From NCBI GenBank assembly GCA_030586555.1, contig JAURAC010000027.1, positions 1-44,921 on the forward strand: a stretch of 44,921 bases of DNA, written 5' to 3'. Positions 37,738 through 44,921 of this stretch are shown in pieces. The position numbers and the translations under genes were made by a program. Within the stretch, counting starts at the first letter, position 1; every line of letters begins with the position of its first letter. The notes under the pieces are model-generated. The model searched no databases and was not told the origin of the DNA. It saw only the letters and a list, made by a program, of their open reading frames with translations. Source of the stretch: Candidatus Subterrananammoxibius californiae (GTDB lineage: Bacteria > Planctomycetota > Brocadiia > Brocadiales > Subterrananammoxibiaceae).

Positions 37738-38027
37738 ACCATCAAAGCCTCTTTCAAAATATAGCTTCCAATTCTGGGCTTTAACGCCTTCCTTGAGACG
37801 AGGTCTACCTTTCTTCCCAGCCGTGATTCCAGGTATTCTTCAAGCTCCAAAAATTTAAAAAACCCAATAGGCTTTTCAAACTCCACAAGGATGTCAATGT
37901 CGCTGATTTCGCTTAGTTCTCCTCTAATGGCGGACCCAAATACCCCTATTTCTTTTACTTTGTATTTTGCCTTAATCTCTTGTTTTAACTCTCTCAATTT
38001 TTTCAGAATGCTTTCTTGCGCATTCAT
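37734..38027 (-). CDS. MNT antitoxin (MntA-like)
   Basis: FGSAIRG...SDIDILV and KVDLV motifs. Confidence 0.9.
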   Translation of the reverse strand: MNAQESILKKLRELKQEIKAKYKVKEIGVFGSAIRGELSEISDIDILVEFEKPIGFFKFLELEEYLESRLGRKVDLVSRKALKPRIGSYILKEALMV

Positions 38028-38048
38028 TTTTCACCACCATATAAGGCT

Positions 38049-38441
38049 TTAATTAATTGATAACCACATTTTACCAAAAAACATTATCAGGTTTGCAAAT
38101 AAAATAAGCGGAGATAAGAACCATGCAAACACAATGGAAAATGACGTATCTGTGCAAAAGAGTCCGTATCTAACATCGAATGCAAATATTATTAATCCGA
38201 TACTGGGTATTATAACAGCAATCGTTAGAATAACGAAAAAGATTATACTATGAACCCCGTAAAGGTAACTATGAGCAAACAAGACGCTGGTAACATAATA
38301 CACCACAAGAAGCAAGATGCACAGCCCTATCCTGAACGGGGCGAACGGATTAAACCTTGAGAAGAAATAGCAAAATCCTAACGCTATAAATGAGAGTATC
38401 GAAACAAGAAGCATTGTATTTTGACACACGTTCAACTCCAT
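38049..38441 (-). CDS. Hypothetical four-TM membrane protein
   Basis: Hydrophobic ORF overlapping the permease stop. Confidence 0.5.
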   Translation of the reverse strand: MELNVCQNTMLLVSILSFIALGFCYFFSRFNPFAPFRIGLCILLLVVYYVTSVLFAHSYLYGVHSIIFFVILTIAVIIPSIGLIIFAFDVRYGLFCTDTSFSIVFAWFLSPLILFANLIMFFGKMWLSIN

Positions 38442-39709
38442 ACAAACCAGACAAAGGCAGAGCCTGCGGCGGTCGCAGCAATCGTGTAGGGCAGACCAAT
38501 CTTTACAAAGTCAAAAAAGCTGCAATGCTCGCCGCTTTTGCGTAAAAGGCTAATTGAGACAATGTTTGCGGATGCCCCAATAGGGGTAACGTTCCCTCCG
38601 AGACAGCACCCTATTATAAGACCAAATGCAAATAGGTAGTCGTCCTGCATACCCATTGAGATTGATAGCCTGCTAATCACTGGAAGCATGGCAGTCAGAT
38701 AGGGAACATTGTCTATAAAGGCAGAGAATAAAACTGAAGCCCAGACTATACACGAGAAAGCAAGAAATTTATTATGCCCTACCATCTTGCTCAACCACAC
38801 TGCAATACTATCAATGATGCCAGCTTGTGTAAGGCTTTCCACGAGAACAAAGACCCCAGCAAGAAAGACGGTCGTTGACCAATCGTATGATTTGATGACC
38901 TTCACCGCCTCCTGCCTGTTTTTCGCCGCTGACCACATGAGTCCAAGCACTGCCAGAGCCATGCACTCAGTCCCGCCAAGCCACCTGAAACCTGGGTCGT
39001 ATTTACTTGAAAAGGCAAGGGCAAATATCATTATTATTAGGAGGACTGCAGGCGCCCAGCTTTTCACCTTCTCCACTTCGAGTTGAACGATAGGCTGCCT
39101 GTATTTGCGAAAAAGGAGGTAAAGCACCCCAAAGGCTGGTATTGCGCCTGCTTGTATGGCAAAAAAGATGCTGGGTTTCCAGTGAAATACGAAAAAATCA
39201 TTAAAGGTCATCTTCTCATGGGCGGCAAAAATCATGCTCGGCGGGTCTCCGATGAGGGTTGACGTGCCCTGAAGATTCGAGCTTATTGCTATACCGATTA
39301 AAAATGGCTTTGCCGATACCCCAAGCCGCCGCGCCAGTTCCAATGCAATTGGAGCAACTATCAGAACAGTAGCCACATTCTCTACAAACGCAGACACTGC
39401 TCCTGATACTGCGCAGACAAGTATAATTGCCCAACCCACCGTCTTTGACTTATCAATTAATATATCCGAAAGCAGCGCTGGGACTCGTGAGTAAATAAAG
39501 AGGTCAGCTACTATTAATGTTCCAGCAAAAATGGCGATGACATTCCAATTTATAGCCTTTATGACGGTCGTTATATCGAGGACGCCTGCAACCGTGAGGC
39601 ATAAAATCCCACACCATACAGAACGTCCTCTATACCGCTTGCTAAAGATTAGGAATAAATAAACAAGACAGAATACAGAGAGGACTATAAACTTGTCGAG
39701 ATTCAACAT
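38432..39709 (-). CDS. ArsB/NhaD/SLC13-type ion transporter
   Basis: SAFVENVAT, TLIGDPP, SAFIDNVP and GGNVTPIGASAN motifs. Confidence 0.9.
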   Translation of the reverse strand: MLNLDKFIVLSVFCLVYLFLIFSKRYRGRSVWCGILCLTVAGVLDITTVIKAINWNVIAIFAGTLIVADLFIYSRVPALLSDILIDKSKTVGWAIILVCAVSGAVSAFVENVATVLIVAPIALELARRLGVSAKPFLIGIAISSNLQGTSTLIGDPPSMIFAAHEKMTFNDFFVFHWKPSIFFAIQAGAIPAFGVLYLLFRKYRQPIVQLEVEKVKSWAPAVLLIIMIFALAFSSKYDPGFRWLGGTECMALAVLGLMWSAAKNRQEAVKVIKSYDWSTTVFLAGVFVLVESLTQAGIIDSIAVWLSKMVGHNKFLAFSCIVWASVLFSAFIDNVPYLTAMLPVISRLSISMGMQDDYLFAFGLIIGCCLGGNVTPIGASANIVSISLLRKSGEHCSFFDFVKIGLPYTIAATAAGSAFVWFVWS

Positions 39710-39720
39710 GATGGGCTCAA

Positions 39721-39788
39721 AGTATAAACATTTATGGTTTTCTGGTCAATAAAAAATCCTTTGATTTTTTCACGGCAACCGTTAAAAT
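39721..39788. promoter_or_regulatory. Divergent sigma70-like promoters
   Basis: Minus strand TTGACC-17-TATACT (39721-39749); plus strand TTGATT-16-TAAAAT (39761-39788). Confidence 0.5.
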
Positions 39789-39820
39789 AAGACTTACCTT
39801 TAATTTGGGCGTATTTATTC

Positions 39821-39893
39821 TGGTAGACAACGAACTTTAGGTTCGTTGATTTCCTGGTTTCAAAATCAACGATGGTAAACATCGTTGCCTACC
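39821..39893. repeat. Palindromic REP-like element (GGTAGACAACG...CGTTGCCTACC)
   Basis: A second copy lies at about 43398-43456. Confidence 0.75.
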
Positions 39894-39924
39894 GGTTTGA
39901 AAAAGGTGAGAGGAGGTAAGCTTA

Positions 39925-40128
39925 ATGCCAACAAAAGGACCGATTACAAAAGAAATGATTATAAATGACGTTGTGGCAAAATATCCAAAGACTATTGCGG
40001 TATTCAACAAGTTCAAGGTGGATGCCTGCTGCGGTGGTGGGTTTAGTATAGAAACAACTGCAAAAAAAGATGGCGTGGACATTGAGGTACTGCTGATAGA
40101 GTTGAATAAGATAGCATCCTCTAAATGA
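39925..40128 (+). CDS. DUF542/ScdA-N-like small protein
   Basis: VFNKFKVDACCGG; GGAGG RBS. Confidence 0.75.
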   Translation: MPTKGPITKEMIINDVVAKYPKTIAVFNKFKVDACCGGGFSIETTAKKDGVDIEVLLIELNKIASSK

Positions 40129-40267
40129 AATTCGGAATGCGGTTTTCGGAATGGGTGGCATGGATAAATCCACCAAATTGATAGGCGGACTCGCCAATCT
40201 TTTTGGCGAGCTTGTTTGTCCGTGCTTATTCTGCACTCCGCACCCTGCATTCCGCATTTAAAATGAT

Positions 40268-41803
40268 ATGCTTGCAAAGGTTACCAGTGTCGCCGTTCAC
40301 GGCATTGATGCTTATATCCTCGAAATTGAGGTTTACATTACCCATGGGAATTTGCCATATATTGTCGTAGTTGGACTACCAGACGTGGCGGTCAAGGAAA
40401 GCCGTGACAGGGTAAAGGCAGCACTGCACAACAGCGGCTATTATCTTCCTAATAAGCCTGTAACAATAAATCTTGCACCCGCCGATAGAAAAAAGGAAGG
40501 ACCGTCATTTGAACTCCCCATCGCCATTGGAATCCTTGTGGCAAGCGACCAACTGCGCATTGAGGACATACACAACTATGCCATTGTTGGGGAACTGGCT
40601 CTCGATGGCAAGGTCAGACCCATTAAGGGCATCCTTGCAATGGCATTACGATGCTGTGACGAAGGCATGAAGGGCATTATCCTGCCTGCAGAAAACGCAG
40701 CCGAGGCAGCCATTGTAGAAGGAATAAAGGCGCTCCCGGTTAAGACACTTGCTGATGCAGTTGGTTTTTTAACCAATAAACAACCTATCACACCTTACAG
40801 CCTTAATATTCTGGAGATTTTTAATTCGTCTTCAAACTATGATATAGACTTTGCCGATGTTAAAGGGCAGGAACACGTCAAAAGAGCCCTTACTGTGGCT
40901 GCTGCCGGCAATCACAACGTAATAATGATAGGTCCCCCGGGAACCGGAAAGACGATGCTTGCCCAGAGACTTCCCACAATAATGCCCCAACCCACCTTAT
41001 CGGAATCATTGGAAACAACAAAGATATACAGTATTGCCGGATACCTTGCCCCATCACAATCTCTAATCGCCACAAGACCATTCCGCACACCCCACCATAC
41101 CATAAGCGAGGTGGGCATGATAGGAGGCGGGACTTATCCAAGACCCGGAGAGGTAAGCTTATCCCATTACGGTGTCCTATTCCTCGATGAATTGCCAGAA
41201 TTTGACCGCACAGCGCTTGAGGCGCTCAGGCAGCCGCTTGAAACTGGCACTGTTACAATCTCGAGGGCATCCGGCTCCATAACATATCCAGCGCAGATAA
41301 TGCTTGTGTGTGCCACAAATCCATGTCCTTGCGGATACTTTACCGACCCCAGGAAGTCATGCCATTGCACCCCTTATCAAATACAAAAATATATGTCTAA
41401 GATTTCTGGTCCCCTTCTGGACAGGATTGACATTCATGTAGAAGTGCCTCCATTACACCATAGCGAATTGGTATCAACCTCAAAGAGACAAACGTCCGCT
41501 GAGATACGAGAAAAGGTTACTATGGCTCGCAACGTCCAAAACGAACGTTTTGGGGATAGTGGCAAGACCTTGACAAATTCTCGGATGTCATCAAAACAGA
41601 TAAAAAAACATTGTGCGCTCGACTCTCATGCGGAGACGCTTTTACACCAGGCAATGATAGAACTTGGCTTATCCGCCCGTGGATACAATAAGATTCTCAA
41701 GGTCGCCCGAACCATAGCAGACCTCGACGAGTGTGAGAATATCCGAATCGAACATATCTCCGAGGCAATACAGTACAGGAGCCTGGATAGGAGGATGTTT
41801 TAA
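40268..41803 (+). CDS. comM: YifB/ComM Mg-chelatase-like AAA ATPase
   Basis: VGLPD..VKES, GPPGTGKT, PFRTPHH, LFLDELPEF and NPCPCG motifs. Confidence 0.93.
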   Translation: MLAKVTSVAVHGIDAYILEIEVYITHGNLPYIVVVGLPDVAVKESRDRVKAALHNSGYYLPNKPVTINLAPADRKKEGPSFELPIAIGILVASDQLRIEDIHNYAIVGELALDGKVRPIKGILAMALRCCDEGMKGIILPAENAAEAAIVEGIKALPVKTLADAVGFLTNKQPITPYSLNILEIFNSSSNYDIDFADVKGQEHVKRALTVAAAGNHNVIMIGPPGTGKTMLAQRLPTIMPQPTLSESLETTKIYSIAGYLAPSQSLIATRPFRTPHHTISEVGMIGGGTYPRPGEVSLSHYGVLFLDELPEFDRTALEALRQPLETGTVTISRASGSITYPAQIMLVCATNPCPCGYFTDPRKSCHCTPYQIQKYMSKISGPLLDRIDIHVEVPPLHHSELVSTSKRQTSAEIREKVTMARNVQNERFGDSGKTLTNSRMSSKQIKKHCALDSHAETLLHQAMIELGLSARGYNKILKVARTIADLDECENIRIEHISEAIQYRSLDRRMF

Positions 41804-42006
41804 AACTTCCTTTAAAATGTTATAATGTTTAAAACCGTTTGTATCACGGAACTCAAAAAATATTAGAGGTAAAAAAGATTTAAAGAACCGGCTGTGGATT
41901 TGTGATATAAGATTGAATAGTAAAGGGAAAACCTGATAAGATAAAGGAATCTCTTTAACCTGTGGCAGTTTGCAAGTTGAAGGAGTAATAAGGCAATCAT
42001 CAAAAG

Positions 42007-42264
42007 ATGAAGAAAATTGAAATAATTCCTATAGCTGAAAGAAAATCGGGGAAGAGAGGGATTAAAAGAAAATGGATAGAAGATACTATCACAAATCCAA
42101 CACAAACAGTTGAAGGCTATGGAGGTCGAAAAGTTGCTCACAAGAAGTTTTTAATAGGCGGTAAAGAATACCTTTTGAGGGTAGTTTATGAAGAAACAGA
42201 AAAAATGTATACTGTTGTAACTGCATATCTTACATCTCAGATTGGTCGTTATTGGAAGGAGTAG
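42007..42264 (+). CDS. DUF4258-like putative toxin
   Basis: KRGI....I..TI.NP and LLRVVYE...VVTAY motifs. Confidence 0.75.
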   Translation: MKKIEIIPIAERKSGKRGIKRKWIEDTITNPTQTVEGYGGRKVAHKKFLIGGKEYLLRVVYEETEKMYTVVTAYLTSQIGRYWKE

Positions 42265-42269
42265 AATAA

Positions 42270-42494
42270 ATGAGAATTGAATATGACCCTGCACATGACC
42301 TCTTAAATATCGAATTTGTAGCTGATGAAACTATTACTGAATCTGTCGAACATGATGGTGTAATAATTGATTATTCTAAAGACGGAAGGATTGTTGCAAT
42401 TGAGATACTTGACGCCGGAAAGAGAACAACAAAAAATCCTCTCGACTTTATTGACCTCTCAATAGTTAAAGAAAAGACACAGGCTCGAAGATGA
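42270..42494 (+). CDS. DUF2283-like putative antitoxin
   Basis: YDPAHDLLNI and IDYSKDGRIVAIEILDA motifs. Confidence 0.85.
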   Translation: MRIEYDPAHDLLNIEFVADETITESVEHDGVIIDYSKDGRIVAIEILDAGKRTTKNPLDFIDLSIVKEKTQARR

Positions 42495-42548
42495 AAAATT
42501 AAGAGGGGTTAACCGAAATCGCTTCAGTTATAAACGAGAAAAACAATT

Positions 42549-43322
42549 ATGGATTTGTGGTCGAAATTGACAGAGTGGTTGAAAAAGAATCCTTGGTGGG
42601 GTGCCTTGGGTTTTTTGCTTGCACTCTTTAGTATTATTTTAGCTGTAATTTTTTTCATATCAGGCAGGCGTACCAAGGAACCTACCTATGCCATACAAAG
42701 CACGAACCTTATACAAGATTTCACGAGTCGCTTTGAAGCCCTTGAGATTACGTTTGCCGGCAAACGGATATCTAATTTCACTGCAACTAAAGTGGCGTTT
42801 TGGAATAATGGAAAAGAAACAATAAATAGCAGTGATATTGTTTTTGCAGACCCATTAATGATTAAAGTCAAAAATGAATGCAAGATTCTTGATTCCAGTG
42901 TGTCGCACCCAAAGGAAGGTTCTAATCCTAATCAATTCAAAATAGTGCCTTCAGAAGACGGCTCACATGTGCTGATTCAATTTGACTACTTAGATAAAGA
43001 TGAAGGAGGCGTCATACAGCTTTTGCATACGGGTAAGTCTTCAGATGATGTTGAAGTCTGTGGTACTGTTAAAGAGTATGGTAAGCCTAAACGCCGTGCA
43101 TTTCCTATAATAATGACTTATGGTACGGTCTTAGTTAAGCGGCGGTTTATTGTTGTTTTTCTTGTTGTTCTTCCTTTCATACTTTATGTGATGGAATTCT
43201 TAACCTCGTCACAGCTTGTGACAAAAATTGTCCCTTCTGTTATGTTAGTCATACTTCTGGGTTTTGGATTTTACATGTTTAAGAGGCATGTACCCAAGGG
43301 GTTTGAGATTTCTTTCGAATAA
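42549..43322 (+). CDS. Hypothetical membrane protein (1 N-terminal and 2 C-terminal TM)
   Basis: Hydrophobic segments flank a soluble WNNGKETI domain. Confidence 0.7.
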   Translation: MDLWSKLTEWLKKNPWWGALGFLLALFSIILAVIFFISGRRTKEPTYAIQSTNLIQDFTSRFEALEITFAGKRISNFTATKVAFWNNGKETINSSDIVFADPLMIKVKNECKILDSSVSHPKEGSNPNQFKIVPSEDGSHVLIQFDYLDKDEGGVIQLLHTGKSSDDVEVCGTVKEYGKPKRRAFPIIMTYGTVLVKRRFIVVFLVVLPFILYVMEFLTSSQLVTKIVPSVMLVILLGFGFYMFKRHVPKGFEISFE

Positions 43323-43487
43323 ATTTAGGCTAACTTAGAGAGGAAGACATTTGAAGGGAAACCACTCGTTATCATGTTAGACAAAGCGAATTATCTTTGG
43401 TGGACAACGAACTTTATGTTCGTTGATTTCAACGATGGTAAACATCGTTGTCTACCACTTCTTAGTGGGGAAATAAAAGGAAAATAA

Positions 43488-43538
43488 ATGTACAAAATTA
43501 TTGTATGTTTGCGGTATTTGCGTAAGAAGATACTATAG
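43488..43538 (+). pseudogene. Truncated duplicate of the lolC/E-like 5' end
   Basis: Encodes MYKIIVCLRYLRKKIL*; nearly identical to the gene starting at 44516. Confidence 0.85.
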
Positions 43539-43557
43539 ATTAGATTAAGAAATATAG

Positions 43558-44202
43558 ATGTGGTATTTGTATCTTGATGAAAGTGGAGACTTAGGTTTTG
43601 ATTTTGAAAACGAAAAGACTACAAGATTTTTCAACATCACGATTTTATCTACGCATAGCAAACGACCCATTGAAAAATGTGTAAAATCAGTTCATAGAAG
43701 CTTAAGAAAGAAATATAGGAAAATTCATAGCATACTTCACGCTGCAAGAGAAGAGCCTATTACAAGACAAAGAATGTTAAAGAAATTATCGGAAAAAGAT
43801 TGTTCCATTATGACAATATGTCTAAACAAAAAACGGGTCTACACGAGACTCCAAAATGAAAAATTAATCCTATATAATTATGTGACCAATATATTGTTGG
43901 ACCGCATAATGACTAAAAGGCTTGTTTCAACAACAAGAAATGAACCGATTTATTTAATTGCCTCTAAACGTGAAACAAATAAGTTTTTAAATGAAAACTT
44001 TCGTTCTTATCTTAAGTATCAAATAAAAAATATTCATCAATTAGAGTTACATATTGAAATAAAAACGCCTGCAGAAGAAAAATCTTTGCAGGCGGTTGAT
44101 TTTGCCTCTTGGGCAATATTTCGCAGGTTAGAATATGGTGATGATACTTATTATAATGTCATTAAGAATAAAATAATTGAGGAAAATCCTTTGTTCCCAT
44201 AA
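43558..44202 (+). CDS. DUF3800 domain protein
   Basis: YLYLDESGDLG N-terminus and LQAVDFASWA C-terminus. Confidence 0.88.
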   Translation: MWYLYLDESGDLGFDFENEKTTRFFNITILSTHSKRPIEKCVKSVHRSLRKKYRKIHSILHAAREEPITRQRMLKKLSEKDCSIMTICLNKKRVYTRLQNEKLILYNYVTNILLDRIMTKRLVSTTRNEPIYLIASKRETNKFLNENFRSYLKYQIKNIHQLELHIEIKTPAEEKSLQAVDFASWAIFRRLEYGDDTYYNVIKNKIIEENPLFP

Positions 44203-44204
44203 AA

Positions 44205-44392
44205 TGGTAAAGCCTCATTCGCTATTTACGAGGAACCCTGCGGAACCCCACGAATGAGGACTTACTTACCAATATTTATTTACTTTTTATTTGAGCGTGC
44301 CTTATGGGCTCGCTACGCTGTGGCTTTTACCAATCCGCCTAAGGCGGAATGGGAACACTCTGGATACCCGGGAAGGGCTTACCACTCAGTGT
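44205..44392 (-). ncRNA. Candidate DUF3800-associated structured RNA
   Basis: Several stems directly downstream of the gene, with a convergent promoter TTGCTA-16-TATAAT at 44394-44421. Confidence 0.55.
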
Positions 44393-44515
44393 TATTATAC
44401 AACATTCTTTAGAAATAGCAAGGGAGGTTAAAGAAATTCCCCGAAATCACGAATACTACAGATGTTAAAACTTCAGAAAGATTGAAACTGGATGTTATTG
44501 GAGAACTGAAAATAA

Positions 44516-44921
44516 ATGTACAAGCTTATTGTATGTTTGCGGTATTTGCGTAAGAAGAAGATAACATTTTTTGCCATCGCAGGTGTTGCGGTTGGGGTTA
44601 TGGCGCTTATCGTCGTGCATGCGGTGATGAGTGGTTTTGACAAGGAGCTCAGGAGCAGAATACGTGGTACACTTGCTCATTTAATAGTAATAAAGGGCGG
44701 GATGTACGACCTTGATAACTATAATGAGATAATAGCAGAGTTAAAAACCTTTGAGCATGTTAAAGCCTGCGCGCCTTACATTGAGGGTCCTGCGCTCGTA
44801 AGGATTAGGGGGGCGAAGGAGTTTGCATCCTTCAGGGGCATTGTTCCAGAGGCGGAGGCAGAAATTGGGGATTTTGAATCGTACGTTAGCAAATTTGGCA
44901 AGAAGCCCTCTGACCTTTTAC
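44516..44921 (+). CDS. LolC/LolE-family ABC permease (partial)
   Basis: Translated by hand: MYKLIVCLRYLRKKKITFFAIAGVAVGVMALIVVHAVMSGF...; open to the window end. Confidence 0.88.
   Translation, partial: MYKLIVCLRYLRKKKITFFAIAGVAVGVMALIVVHAVMSGFDKELRSRIRGTLAHLIVIKGGMYDLDNYNEIIAELKTFEHVKACAPYIEGPALVRIRGAKEFASFRGIVPEAEAEIGDFESYVSKFGKKPSDLL

Overview
Bacterial chromosomal window. The gene content suggests a Gram-negative anaerobe, possibly an anammox-related planctomycete (inference only). It has five blocks. (1) 1-6.4 kb, minus strand: a multiheme electron-transfer cluster with two HAO-family octaheme lipoproteins, an outer-membrane beta-barrel, a 13-heme lipoprotein and another cytochrome cut by the window edge. 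(2) 6.5-23.8 kb, minus strand: a co-oriented phage-derived structural operon (HK97 protease, major capsid, connector, tail-completion, tail tube, fibre-like, holin-like). It has its own promoter and a terminator-like leader but no recognisable terminase, portal, tape measure, integrase, replication gene or endolysin. (3) tRNA-Leu(GAG), radical SAM, folK, lptF/G, an HPr-EI fusion with EIIA and hpf, and lpxB. (4) A toxin-antitoxin/defence stack (Fic, HEPN-MNT, SIR2-like, two MNT-HepT modules). (5) A permease, comM/yifB, DUF4258-DUF2283, a DUF3800 gene with a convergent structured ncRNA candidate, and the start of a lolC/E-like gene. Two window-wide patterns stand out. Accessory cassettes are flanked by duplicated starts or ends of resident genes. 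Short palindromic and heptamer repeats are inserted in frame into proteins, and one of them truncates a glycosyltransferase.
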